64,000 nucleotides of DNA, taken from positions 11,956 through 75,955 of the IMG/VR virus record IMGVR_UViG_3300031911_000002, one strand, 5' to 3'. The first letter of the stretch is position 1. Every line of letters begins with the position of its first letter. Position numbers and translations under genes: made by a program. Of this stretch, positions 38,381 to 47,801 are shown in pieces. Below the pieces are notes generated by a model. The model searched no databases and was not told the DNA's origin. It saw nothing but the letters and a program-made list of their open reading frames with translations. The stretch comes from a virus.

Positions 38381-38923
38381 TCAGAACCCGTACCCGCGCT
38401 CCCATGTCATCGGGTAGCTGTTGCGGTTGCCCTGCTCGTCGTGGTACCTGCCCTGGGGCACAGGCCGGACCGTGGCCGACACGACCTCGTCATCCCCCGC
38501 GATCTCCTCCACGATCCGGTCCCAGCTCGTGTCCGTCTGCTCCGGGCCTGTGTAGTACAGGTCCGTGTCGCCGTCGGCCAGAGCCCCCGTCCCCCGGTCC
38601 ACGACCACGTTCAGGTGCCAGTCAGCCCGCTGGGTCCGCTTGGCCGGGCGAAACGACTCCTCCGGGACGTCGTGCTCTTCTCCCCAGTAGCCGTCCACGC
38701 TTTCCCGGATGTGGATGCCGTGCGCCGCCGTCGCGCCGCACCGGAAGTTGCCCTTGCCGACGTGCATCTCATTGTCCGGCGCCGGAGGCGTCAGGCACGT
38801 CCAGGAGCAGTCCTCAGCGGCCTTGGCCGCCAGAGCCCCGGCCCTGTCCAGGGAGCGGAGCGGGCGTTCTCCGGGGTTGAGGACTCCGGAGCCCTCGTCG
38901 ATGACGTAGTACGTCGTGGCCAT
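38381..38923 (-). CDS. Hypothetical protein
   Basis: GGAGG RBS; MATTYYVIDEG... Confidence 0.6.
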   Translation of the reverse strand: MATTYYVIDEGSGVLNPGERPLRSLDRAGALAAKAAEDCSWTCLTPPAPDNEMHVGKGNFRCGATAAHGIHIRESVDGYWGEEHDVPEESFRPAKRTQRADWHLNVVVDRGTGALADGDTDLYYTGPEQTDTSWDRIVEEIAGDDEVVSATVRPVPQGRYHDEQGNRNSYPMTWERGYGF

Positions 38924-38925
38924 GG

Positions 38926-39291
38926 TCAGACCTCCAGGATGGTGTAGTGGGGTGTGGTTTCCAGCGACTTGCGGGGCGGGCCGTCGCAACCCGTGATCTG
39001 ACGGGGTGCTCCCCCGTCGTCCGGGACCTTCCAGTGGACGACCCCGTGATGCATCTGGACGGCGACGATCAGGCTGCCGTCGTCGTCCCGCGCGAACGCC
39101 GGATCGGTGTCCAGGGCCCCCAGGGCGGCGAGGACCTGATTGCGCAGGTCCACGGCCGCGTCCCGGTTCGTCCGGCCCCACCCGGTCAGCGGCCCCAGGC
39201 GCATCTGCACCTTGCGGGCCGCCGTGGCCGCCCCGGTCCGCAGCACCTTGACCGGGAATGACAGCCGGGTCTCGTCGGCAGCCACGGTCAC
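38926..39291 (-). CDS. Hypothetical protein
   Basis: GTGA overlap; GGAGG RBS. Confidence 0.55.
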   Translation of the reverse strand: MTVAADETRLSFPVKVLRTGAATAARKVQMRLGPLTGWGRTNRDAAVDLRNQVLAALGALDTDPAFARDDDGSLIVAVQMHHGVVHWKVPDDGGAPRQITGCDGPPRKSLETTPHYTILEV

Positions 39292-39437
39292 CACCTCCAG
39301 GTCGGGGCGGAGTCGTCTCCGCCCTGGTACATGCCGGGCGCGTCCTCGGGTCCGGCACAGTTGGCCGCCGCGCCCGCGAGGAGCGCGACGAGCAGGGTGA
39401 GCGAGGCGAGGGTGCGCCTGCCGATGATCTGGGTCAT
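39288..39437 (-). CDS. Small secreted/lipoprotein-like peptide (49 aa)
   Basis: MTQIIGRRTLASLTLLVALLAGAAANC... Confidence 0.5.
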   Translation of the reverse strand: MTQIIGRRTLASLTLLVALLAGAAANCAGPEDAPGMYQGGDDSAPTWRW

Positions 39438-39460
39438 GGGTCCCTCCGGGAGCGGGCTGG

Positions 39461-40414
39461 CTAGATGGCGATGAAGGCGTACGGGTGGCCCAGGGCGTAC
39501 CGCTCCGCAAGGACGTCCTGCACGTTCTCCGGGGCGTCCAGGGCGACGGCCGTTCCGGGGGCGGTCGAGTAGACGTCGGTCTCGCTGACGATCCAGGACG
39601 TCCGCTCGTCGCGGGCGCGGGGCTCACGGGGGTCGCGCGCGCTCATCAGCCGGTCGTACGCGTCCCGGCCGATCGTCTCGGGGGAGCCGTCCCAGTTCTG
39701 CACCTCCATCGTGGTGCAGACCTCCAGCTCCCCCTCGCTGGCGCGGGTGGTGCCTCCGGCGGCCAGCGAGGGGTCGTCCAGCTTCACGATGACGCTCCAG
39801 CCGGACGGGCCGAACGCGCGGGTGCCCTCCACCACGGTCCCCGTGAAGCCGTGCCGCGTGTGGCGGACCGGGCCGGTGACCGGAGCGGTCTGCGCCTGCG
39901 CTACGAGGGCCGCCTTGGTGGGGGCCGCCTTGCGGACCCGGCGGTGCAGGGTGGTGTGGGTGACCCTGTCGAACCGGAAGCTGCGGACGTCGCCGTCACG
40001 GCGGTCGTCCTCGGCCCGCACGATGTAGTCCCCGCCCTGGGTGCGGTACAGGGACTGCGGGCGGACCCGGCGCCGGGAGACTTCGCCGGTCGGCTTGACA
40101 TACCGGATGCTCATCTCGCGGCCGGTACGGATCGCGGTGGTGACGCGTAGCATGTCGTCCTCGCTGGCGTAGACGACCGTGTCGACGACGCCGCCCGTGA
40201 CGAGCGCCCACACGGCGAGGCCGGGGAAGTCGTAGAACCAGACCTCCCCGGCCTCGTTGAAGTCGGCCGCCGTCTCCAGGTGGGCCGTGGCCATGTCGTC
40301 CACGATCCACTCCGCCTCGCCCGCCTGCTTGGGCGTCCACACGGCCTCCACGCTCGCCTGGCCGTTCACGAAGTTGATGGTGGCGACGGTCCGGCTTCCG
40401 GTGTTCTCTCGCAT
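39461..40414 (-). CDS. WYL-domain protein
   Basis: IRYVKPTGEVSRRRVRP...YIVRAEDDRRDGDVRSFRFDRV. Confidence 0.85.
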   Translation of the reverse strand: MRENTGSRTVATINFVNGQASVEAVWTPKQAGEAEWIVDDMATAHLETAADFNEAGEVWFYDFPGLAVWALVTGGVVDTVVYASEDDMLRVTTAIRTGREMSIRYVKPTGEVSRRRVRPQSLYRTQGGDYIVRAEDDRRDGDVRSFRFDRVTHTTLHRRVRKAAPTKAALVAQAQTAPVTGPVRHTRHGFTGTVVEGTRAFGPSGWSVIVKLDDPSLAAGGTTRASEGELEVCTTMEVQNWDGSPETIGRDAYDRLMSARDPREPRARDERTSWIVSETDVYSTAPGTAVALDAPENVQDVLAERYALGHPYAFIAI

Positions 40415-40508
40415 CGTCCTGGTCCCTTGGTCTGTGGTCGGTTGTTGTACTCCCCCAATCATTCCCGATTTAGGTTAATCCGTAAACCTCCGTTTTACCT
40501 GGGGAAGT

Positions 40509-41429
40509 TCACTCGTTCAGCTCCTCCAACGATCGCCGGATACCCTCCTCCAGGCTGATCTTGGGGGCGTAGTACCCGAGCAGGAGCCGGTTGGGGTCCC
40601 CCACCCGGTACGCCACGCCCTGCGGGGCGTCCGGGTTCGGGCGGATCTCCGCTGTCTTCCCCGCCTCCCGGAGCATCATCGTGGCCAGCAGGGTGAACGG
40701 TGTCGGCTCTCCTGTGCAGAGGTTCACCGGCTGCACGGTGCCGGACTCCGCGACCGCGAGGGCCCCGGCGACGATGTCATCCACATGGATCCAGTCCCTC
40801 ACGCAGTCCCCGCACCACAGCTCCAGGGGTTGACCGGGTTGCAGGGCGCGCACCCGCTCCAGGATGGCCCGGAAGGGATACGACGGGTCCTGGTCGGAGC
40901 CGTACCCGCTGAAGGGCCTGACCACGGTCACCGGCACCCCGGCCGCACGCAGCTTCCCGGCGAGCATCTCCCCGGTGACCTTGCTCCAGCCGTAGACCTC
41001 GTCGGGCGGTCCCAGGCTGAGCCGGGCACAGTCCTCGTCCAGACGGCTCTCATAGGTCACGGCCTGCTGAAGGGCCACCGGGTACGCCGCGCTGGAGCTG
41101 ATGTACAGCACCCGGCCCGGCCGCGCGACGGCCGCCCACCGGAACATCTCCGCGTCGATCGACAGGGACTCCGCCGTGGCCAGCGGGTCCCGCTCGATGG
41201 TCTCCCGGCCGCCGACGACGGCGGCGCAGTGCACGACGAGGTCGAATCCAGGGCTGTTCTCCCCGGCCCTCCTGTGGATCAGGTCGTTCTGGAAGTACCT
41301 CCGGCAGTCCTGCGCAGAGGACGCCTTGACGTCCAGGCCGTAGACCTCCCAGCCCCGGCGCCGCAGCTCCGTCGTGAAGTGCCGCCCCAGGAAGCCCCGG
41401 TCGCCCGTGATCAGTGCGCGCATCACCAT
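40509..41429 (-). CDS. NAD-dependent NDP-sugar epimerase/dehydratase
   Basis: LITGDRGFLG, SSSAAY, YGWSK, RPFSGYG, RDWIHVDD. Confidence 0.9.
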   Translation of the reverse strand: MVMRALITGDRGFLGRHFTTELRRRGWEVYGLDVKASSAQDCRRYFQNDLIHRRAGENSPGFDLVVHCAAVVGGRETIERDPLATAESLSIDAEMFRWAAVARPGRVLYISSSAAYPVALQQAVTYESRLDEDCARLSLGPPDEVYGWSKVTGEMLAGKLRAAGVPVTVVRPFSGYGSDQDPSYPFRAILERVRALQPGQPLELWCGDCVRDWIHVDDIVAGALAVAESGTVQPVNLCTGEPTPFTLLATMMLREAGKTAEIRPNPDAPQGVAYRVGDPNRLLLGYYAPKISLEEGIRRSLEELNE

Positions 41430-42022
41430 CTGTCGTTCCTTCCGCTCGTGTTGCCGGGGTGCCAGTGCCAGGTCCACGTCCGGCGGGGCAGGTGGGAGAA
41501 CGTCGCTCCGGCGCCCACGAGCCGCTCCCAGGTCCCCCAGTCATCGCACGGGTTCTCCGGAGGTCCCTTGGGGGTGAACCCGCCGATCTCCCACAGCAGG
41601 TCCGTACGGGCGAGGACCGTGATCGGGATGTAGTTGAACTCCCGCAGGCGCTCCTCGCTGAAGGGGGACCCCTCCACGCCGGGCCACGGGTCGAATCCGC
41701 CGGAGACGTTGAACCAGGGGTAGACGACGTCCGCCCCCGTCTCCTCCGCGTGCGCCAGCAGGCACTCCACGTGGTCCGGGTTCCACTCGTCGTCGTCGTC
41801 CAGGAACGCAGCCCACGTCGTGCCGACCCCGGACACGGCCCGCGTCCGGTTCAGGGCGGAGCCCCGGCGCGCGTGGTCCACGCTGACGCTGATCGCGTCG
41901 ACCGGCCGCGTCTGGCTCAGGACCGAATCGAGAGCACGGCGCAGCTTGCCGTCGGCCGCCCGTGGCGGGATCGCGGGGATGACGGCCGTGACGCCGGGCC
42001 GCATGCGCGAGGGCCGGGTCAC
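41423..42022 (-). CDS. Glycosyltransferase family 2
   Basis: VTAVIPAIP, AFLDDDD, DDWGTW. Confidence 0.85.
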   Translation of the reverse strand: MTRPSRMRPGVTAVIPAIPPRAADGKLRRALDSVLSQTRPVDAISVSVDHARRGSALNRTRAVSGVGTTWAAFLDDDDEWNPDHVECLLAHAEETGADVVYPWFNVSGGFDPWPGVEGSPFSEERLREFNYIPITVLARTDLLWEIGGFTPKGPPENPCDDWGTWERLVGAGATFSHLPRRTWTWHWHPGNTSGRNDRW

Positions 42023-42672
42023 AGCGAGACCGCCATCCACAGCTGGAAGACGTAGGCGTCCTCCCACCCCTTGGTCGCCTCCGGTCGGAGGATCTTCAGC
42101 TCCAGGGGGTCCCACCCGTTGTCCTGGAGCATCCGGTGCAGGTCCGCCTGGTCCCAGCCCCAGTAGTGCTCGGTGTTGCCGGACCCCACGCGCTCCCCGA
42201 GGGGCGTGGACAGGAACAGGTACCGGGACCAGTCGGCCGCGTCCGCCAGGATCCGGTCGGGATCCTTCACGTGCTCCAGCGTCTCGCTGAGGATCAGCAG
42301 GTCCACCGGAGCGTCTACCGGGAGCTGATGCAGGCTGTCCGGCAGAGGCTCCGGCCTCAGGATCGTCGCCGGGGCCCGGCACGACACGGCCGCCGACGCG
42401 GGGACCCCGTTGAGGTCCCCGAACCAGGCGTGGTCCAGCTTGAGGGTCGTGCTGATCATGTTGAGCAGGGCCCCGTCCCCGCAGCTGAGATCGGCCGCCG
42501 TCCGGATCCTCGACCCGTACCGCTCGATCAGGTCGGCCGACGCCTTGATCCGCTCGATGTGATCGGCCCACCGGTCGTGCCGGTAGCCGTCCGGGTACGT
42601 CCGGCGGTAGAGGGCGCGCTCGTCCCCAGGGGACCGGAAGTCCTCCTCGGGGCGCAGTCGGTACTTAGCCAC
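42019..42672 (-). CDS. SAM-dependent methyltransferase
   Basis: ADLSCGDG, SETLEHV.DP, LSTP. Confidence 0.85.
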   Translation of the reverse strand: MAKYRLRPEEDFRSPGDERALYRRTYPDGYRHDRWADHIERIKASADLIERYGSRIRTAADLSCGDGALLNMISTTLKLDHAWFGDLNGVPASAAVSCRAPATILRPEPLPDSLHQLPVDAPVDLLILSETLEHVKDPDRILADAADWSRYLFLSTPLGERVGSGNTEHYWGWDQADLHRMLQDNGWDPLELKILRPEATKGWEDAYVFQLWMAVSL

Positions 42673-43369
42673 GGCCGTACTCCTTGTTGACGGTCCTCAG
42701 CAGAGCCTCGAACTTGACTCCGTCCCTGAACGCTTCCCACGCCAGGCGGTCCGCCTGGTCCACGGAGGAGTCGTTGACGGCGGCGTAGCGGTCGTCCCAC
42801 TGAGCCTTACCGGCCACGGGGTGCAGGTGCTCGATGACGACGTCGTCCCGGTACCGCAGTCCGCCCACAGCCTCCCCGAGGTGCTTCCAGAAGTTGTCGA
42901 GGTACAGGTGGCGCATCACCTGCGGAGCCATGATCCCCATCGCCCGGATCATCCTCGACTGCATGAACACCGCTGTCGGCAGGGCCGCGCCCTGGAGCAG
43001 ATCGTTGCCGTAGGCGATGCGGGGCTCCAGGCTGTCCAGCTCCGTGATCATCTGCTCGTCCCACCCACGGGTCCGGGGCAGGTGGTCGTCCCCCATGAAC
43101 CCGACGTAGTCGAACGCGGCGGCGTACCGGCGCGCAGTGAAGTTGAGCGGGAAGCACAGCCCTCCGCCTCCGGCCTGGTCCATGACGAGGAGCCGCGTGA
43201 GGGCCCCGTCATCGAGCAGGGCCCTGTACTCCTCCAGCTTCGGGTCGTCCGGGTCGGCCACGAACACGGCAGCGGCGCCCAGGACGGTCGTGTCCCTGAA
43301 CGCCGCTTCCAGCCGGGCCGCATTCTCCGGCCGTCCCCTGGTGGGGACGACCACAACGAGATCGGTCAC
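42665..43369 (-). CDS. Glycosyltransferase (GT-A)
   Basis: VVVPTRGRP, FMGDDH, HLYLDN, IEHLHP. Confidence 0.8.
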   Translation of the reverse strand: MTDLVVVVPTRGRPENAARLEAAFRDTTVLGAAAVFVADPDDPKLEEYRALLDDGALTRLLVMDQAGGGGLCFPLNFTARRYAAAFDYVGFMGDDHLPRTRGWDEQMITELDSLEPRIAYGNDLLQGAALPTAVFMQSRMIRAMGIMAPQVMRHLYLDNFWKHLGEAVGGLRYRDDVVIEHLHPVAGKAQWDDRYAAVNDSSVDQADRLAWEAFRDGVKFEALLRTVNKEYGRG

Positions 43370-43749
43370 CTGGTCCTCTTTCCTCGGTCACGGGCTGCGG
43401 CCTCTGCCAGCCCGGCGTTGATCTGTGCCTCACGGGCGGTCTTGATCAGGAACGCCAGCGCCACGGCGAACAGCGTAAGCCCGATCAGGCCCATCAGCAG
43501 CGCCATCATCGCGACCGCCAGGAGCAGGGCGCAGATGGTGAGGATGATGGTCGACCCGAGGGCGAGCCAGACCCACGGCAGCGCCTTTTCGGCGAACGAG
43601 GGTCCGCCCCCCTCCGGCGCCGGAACAGGTGCCGGGGCCGGAGGGTAATGGTGGTGGATGTGGATGTGCTGGCCACCGGCCGGAGGGGTCGGGTTCGCCC
43701 GGAGGTAGTCCACGATCTCCGGCAGGCGGTCGCTGTTCGGCTGGTCCAT
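43366..43749 (-). CDS. Membrane protein (possible spread protein)
   Basis: HIHIHHH-Pro linker followed by two TM segments; downstream of traB-like gene. Confidence 0.55.
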   Translation of the reverse strand: MDQPNSDRLPEIVDYLRANPTPPAGGQHIHIHHHYPPAPAPVPAPEGGGPSFAEKALPWVWLALGSTIILTICALLLAVAMMALLMGLIGLTLFAVALAFLIKTAREAQINAGLAEAAARDRGKRTR

Positions 43750-43766
43750 GGTCCGGCGCTCCTTGC

Positions 43767-43991
43767 TCAGGCGGTCGGGTTGATCCGCCGCTGGACGTAG
43801 AGGTCCAGGGCGACCCACGGGAAGATGCAGGCGGCGATCATCACGAGCGATCCGGCGACGTTGAAGTTGACCCGGTCGCCGGGGATGAGCCCCGTGATGA
43901 GCAGCCAGGTGAAGAATCCGAGGACCACGTCCAGGGCGATGAGCCCGTACGTGATGGCCTCCCGGACGGCCCACCGGACGATTGCTTCCAT
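43767..43991 (-). CDS. Small membrane protein
   Basis: GAGAGGA RBS; two TM segments. Confidence 0.55.
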   Translation of the reverse strand: MEAIVRWAVREAITYGLIALDVVLGFFTWLLITGLIPGDRVNFNVAGSLVMIAACIFPWVALDLYVQRRINPTA

Positions 43992-44018
43992 GATCGTTGT
44001 TCCTCTCTCGACGGCGTC

Positions 44019-44155
44019 TGACACGCTCTGTGACAGCCGCACGGTGATCGCCCAGGAATTCCCTAGGTCAGGGCCCGTGTCAGAAAGTGACTGACACCCT
44101 CTGACACGGACCCTGACACAGGGAGTGACACTAGGTGTGACACCCCTTGTGACAT
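44019..44155. repeat. clt-like array of TGACA(C) repeats
   Basis: TGACA at 44019, 44031, 44092, 44102, 44114, 44126, 44138, 44150 (mostly 12-bp period) plus an inverted copy at 44077; immediately 3' of the traB-like stop codon. Confidence 0.8.
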
Positions 44156-44159
44156 GCGC

Positions 44160-46148
44160 TTATCCGGTCTGCGGGTACCTCTTGATGATCTCGTAGACCA
44201 CCCCGCCCTCGGGCGGCCGGATCTCCCGCAGACGGCCCGCGTCGACCAGCAGGCCCAGGTTCTGGTACACCCAGCCCCGCTTGCGGCCCACCTCCTCCGG
44301 GAGGTCGGCGAGGTCGGCGAACCGGATCTGCATCCGGCCGCTGGCCTCCAGGACGTCGATGCGGTTCTGGAGCCGGGCACGGGCCTGCTCCGTGGACATC
44401 GTGACCTGCGGCCCCGGCGCGTCACTGAAGCTGATGTCCAGAGCCTGCGCCGGAGGAGGCCGCAGAGGCTCGTTGACGTCAGCTCCAGGGACCCCGGAGA
44501 ACATCACGCTCCCGCTCATCTCCTCGTCCTCCTCTCCGTATTCGTCCAGGTCAGCGTCCTGGTCCTCGTCCGCCGGGGTGACGGCCGGGTCGATCCCGAA
44601 CGCCAGCCGCTCGTAGGTGCCCCCGTCGATCTCGGCCCAGTACTGCCGGGACTGCTCGATGCACATGCGCTTCTCGGCGGCCTTCATGTAGACCGTCCGG
44701 CCGTCGATCGGCCAGTGGACCTTGTCCGTGCCCGTGACCTCGGCGTACAGGCTGCCGGGATGGTCGGGCCCCCACTTGGTGGGGTCGGCTCCGGCCTCCA
44801 GAGTCTCCGGCCGCAGGGAGTACTTGGCGTCCTGAAACTCGTTCTGCCCGTGGGCCAGCGACTCGCTGAACTGACCCCTGACCTTACGGGGGATGTCGTC
44901 GTGCGGCATGGTCTGCATCGACAGGTTCAGCTTGACCCCAAGGGACCGCAGCTTGCGCACCGCCTCGTAGACCTCCTCGTCACGGTCCATGATGACGTCG
45001 GCCGCCTCCTCGATGTCCACGAAGATGAACGGGACGCCGTGCAGGGAGTAGCACTCCGGCTCCCACTGCTTGTAGCCGGTGCCGCCGTCCGACCTGGTCA
45101 GGGACCCCAGGAGGTCGGAGCGGTAGGTGACCACCGGTCCGGCCAGGTTCTCGAACAGCTGCATGACCTGCTCTTTTGTCTTGGCCGCCAGGCCCAGGCA
45201 CTCCTCGATGTCGCTGAAGGACTGCGCGAACTTGGCCGGGTCCCCGACGACCGGGACGATGTCCGTCCTCCAGCGCATGTCCAGGATCGCGGTGCAGACC
45301 GTCTCGGTCTTGCCGGATCCGGGGACGCCGGTCGTCTTGGAGTGGGTGACGTTGCGGGGATTCTTCGGGTCCGTGGACCCCGGCATCCACCACTCGATGT
45401 CCGATCCGTCCGTCCGGCGTCCCAGCCACAGCGGCGCTGCGGCGCAGGACTGTCCCGGTGCGGACGGCCCCCGGTAGACGAGGGGACGGGACGTGTCCTG
45501 GGCTCGGGTGAGGACAACGTCCACCTTGGACTCGTCCCCCTTCACCTTCAGGATCTTGACCTGGTCCTTGCCGACCCCGGCGACGGCCGCCACCTGGGAC
45601 GCGGCACGCTGTGCGTCCTCGGCCGTGGTGGGGGCCGCGAGGGACTCCGTCCAGCGCATCTCCTGTCCGTTGTCCTTCGGGCTGGAGCTGCGGCTGTTCT
45701 TGAAAACGGAGATCTTGTCCCCGAGCCAGGACCCGGAGCTGTCCCCTGTCCTGTCCCGGTCGTGTCCCGCGACGATGCCCGCGTGACGGATCATCCAGAA
45801 CGAGGACAGGGACACGCCGCCGATGACCCACGCCTTGAGCATGTCCCCGCGCCACGGTGTCCCTGTCCCGGCGAAGACGATCCAGGACAGGAGGACACCG
45901 ACGAACAGGGTGGCTGTCACGCGTGTCTCGCTGCGGCGTCCCTTCCACGTCACCCATGTCCCGTAGGTCATGGCGGTGCAGATGACTCCCAGGACAGCCA
46001 TCCACCGGCCGTCGCCCCCCACCGTGAAGTGGATGACCACGGCCACCGGCATGGCGACGAGGGCGAGCCCCCACGGCGCCAGGTACGGCGCCGTCTTCTC
46101 TCCGATGCGCAGCCCCAGGGAGCCGCGCCGGTAGCCGTGGCCAGCCAT
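44160..46148 (-). CDS. traB: TraB-like FtsK/SpoIIIE DNA translocase
   Basis: N-terminal TM helices, Walker A GVPGSGKT, DPAK, Walker B VDIEEAA, RKLRSLG, C-terminal wHTH (RKRGWVYQNL..LVDAGRL). Confidence 0.8.
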   Translation of the reverse strand: MAGHGYRRGSLGLRIGEKTAPYLAPWGLALVAMPVAVVIHFTVGGDGRWMAVLGVICTAMTYGTWVTWKGRRSETRVTATLFVGVLLSWIVFAGTGTPWRGDMLKAWVIGGVSLSSFWMIRHAGIVAGHDRDRTGDSSGSWLGDKISVFKNSRSSSPKDNGQEMRWTESLAAPTTAEDAQRAASQVAAVAGVGKDQVKILKVKGDESKVDVVLTRAQDTSRPLVYRGPSAPGQSCAAAPLWLGRRTDGSDIEWWMPGSTDPKNPRNVTHSKTTGVPGSGKTETVCTAILDMRWRTDIVPVVGDPAKFAQSFSDIEECLGLAAKTKEQVMQLFENLAGPVVTYRSDLLGSLTRSDGGTGYKQWEPECYSLHGVPFIFVDIEEAADVIMDRDEEVYEAVRKLRSLGVKLNLSMQTMPHDDIPRKVRGQFSESLAHGQNEFQDAKYSLRPETLEAGADPTKWGPDHPGSLYAEVTGTDKVHWPIDGRTVYMKAAEKRMCIEQSRQYWAEIDGGTYERLAFGIDPAVTPADEDQDADLDEYGEEDEEMSGSVMFSGVPGADVNEPLRPPPAQALDISFSDAPGPQVTMSTEQARARLQNRIDVLEASGRMQIRFADLADLPEEVGRKRGWVYQNLGLLVDAGRLREIRPPEGGVVYEIIKRYPQTG

Positions 46149-46150
46149 GG

Positions 46151-46660
46151 TCAGCGACCTCCGAACGGGTCGAATCCGCCGCGTGAGCTGCGGTGGGGGC
46201 GGACGGTCTGCATGCTCTCCAGCCGGTCCAGGAAGTCCTCCATGGGCGCGTAGGCGTCCATGGCGTCCTTGGCCACGGCGAACAGGTCGTCGTGAGCGTT
46301 GGCGAGACGGCGGGAAACCTTCCTCAGAACCAGGCGCAGTTCAGCTTTCTGCGCGAGGGTGAGACGGCCGTCCGCACTGTCACGGGCGCCCTTCTTCATG
46401 GCGCGCTCCAGCTGGGTGGCGGCCGACTCCGTGAAGAACGCCGCGCCGGTCGCCAGCGCCCGCAGGGCCTCCAGGAACTGGTACAGCCCCTGGGGGTCGA
46501 GCACCTCGCCCTCGGTCAGGGTGTTCAGCGCCGCCGGGAGGTCCGTGCGGCGGCCGGGGCCGCTCGGGGCGGCCGGGGCCGCCGGGGCGGCCGGAGCTGC
46601 GGCCGGGGCCGTCTTGGAGGCGGCCGTCTTGCGGGCGGACCCGCCGGTTGCAGTGGTCAT
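46151..46660 (-). CDS. TraA-like accessory transfer protein
   Basis: Helical protein directly upstream of traB-like gene; ends ...RGGFDPFGGR. Call is mainly from synteny. Confidence 0.5.
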   Translation of the reverse strand: MTTATGGSARKTAASKTAPAAAPAAPAAPAAPSGPGRRTDLPAALNTLTEGEVLDPQGLYQFLEALRALATGAAFFTESAATQLERAMKKGARDSADGRLTLAQKAELRLVLRKVSRRLANAHDDLFAVAKDAMDAYAPMEDFLDRLESMQTVRPHRSSRGGFDPFGGR

Positions 46661-46681
46661 GATCTGTCCTTCCGTGTGCGG

Positions 46682-47641
46682 TCAGGGCCGGGACAGCTTG
46701 TCCTTGGCCCGGTTGATGGACTTGTTCACCGTGTTGGTCTTGGGAGGTGTCCCGTCCGGGGACGCGTACTCCGCCATGAGCGTCTTGGCCACCGTGTCCT
46801 CCGGTGTACCGGCCTGGAGGAGGGACAGCGCCCGCGATCCCATCGACGGACGGGACGTCCCGAGGGACACCGGCACCGGGACGGCCGCTGCGGGGGACGT
46901 CCCGGCGGACAGGGCCGGACGGGACACCGGGGCCGGGACAGCGGACGGGACAGCCGCCGGGGAGGACGTCCCTGTCCGCGTCAGGGACACGACGGGCCGG
47001 GACACAGGGACGGCCGCCGGGGACGCCGGAGGGACAGGGGCTGTCCTCGGCGCCGGGGACGTCCTGCGGGGCCGGGACGCGGCCACGGGGACAGTGCCCT
47101 GGATGTCCTGTCCCGCAGCGTCCCCGGCGGGGACGGCGGGACGCGGCGGCATGGCGGCGAAATGCAGCAGGTGTCCCAGGATCAGGGGCGGGACGGAGGA
47201 CACCGTGACGACGAGCCACACGGGCGGCCGGGGGTCGGCCGACAGGTACCCCGTCACGAACAGGTGGCTGACCGGCTGGGCCCCCATCGCCAGCGCGAGG
47301 GAGAGCACGGCGCCCCAGATGGACGACGACTTGCCCCGCGCCCCCTTGGGGAGCTGGGTGGAGATGACGGCCGCCAGACCCGCATACAGCGTGAACAGGC
47401 CCGCCATGCCCCAGCTCAACCGGTAGCTGAACCCGGACAGGTCCGCCAGGTGCTGCTCACCGGGCGCGCAGAGGACAAGGACGAGGATGGCGGACACCGG
47501 GACACCCCAGCGCCGGAAGTGTGACACCCAGGAGGGGACACCGGCCGTGGACGGGACACCGGCCGTGGACGGGACACCGGCCAGGACAGCGGCAGGGGAC
47601 GTGTCCTCGGGGGACACCGAGCGTTTGAAGGGACGCCTCAT
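46682..47641 (-). CDS. SpdB/DUF2637-like spread protein
   Basis: About four TM segments (GEQHLA..SGF, VSSVPPLILGHLLH), Pro/Ala/Val low-complexity linker, C-terminal HTH-like end. Confidence 0.65.
   Translation of the reverse strand: MRRPFKRSVSPEDTSPAAVLAGVPSTAGVPSTAGVPSWVSHFRRWGVPVSAILVLVLCAPGEQHLADLSGFSYRLSWGMAGLFTLYAGLAAVISTQLPKGARGKSSSIWGAVLSLALAMGAQPVSHLFVTGYLSADPRPPVWLVVTVSSVPPLILGHLLHFAAMPPRPAVPAGDAAGQDIQGTVPVAASRPRRTSPAPRTAPVPPASPAAVPVSRPVVSLTRTGTSSPAAVPSAVPAPVSRPALSAGTSPAAAVPVPVSLGTSRPSMGSRALSLLQAGTPEDTVAKTLMAEYASPDGTPPKTNTVNKSINRAKDKLSRP
47535..47582. repeat. 18-bp tandem repeat GGGACACCGGCCGTGGAC (about 2.7 copies)
   Basis: Seen directly; encodes AGVPST repeats. Confidence 0.85.
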
Positions 47642-47761
47642 GACCCTGTCCTCTCTTCCGTGGTCCGGTTTCCTTAAATCGGTTGGTCGAGTATGGCATG
47701 TCCGCTGGGACGTCCCGGTAAACCCGGACAGTCCTGTCCCGTGTCCTGTCCCCGGACACAG

Positions 47762-47795
47762 CAGAGCCCCGGAGGGACGTCCCTCCGGGGCTCTG
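47762..47795. terminator. Perfect 34-bp palindrome (terminator or operator)
   Basis: CAGAGCCCCGGAGGGAC|GTCCCTCCGGGGCTCTG. Confidence 0.65.
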
Positions 47796-47801
47796 TCCGG
47801 A

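Noticed and set aside
44019-44155. CRISPR or mini-array interpretation of the TGACAC repeats
   Set aside because: Cores are 5-6 bp with about 6-bp spacers, far too short, and there is no cas operon.
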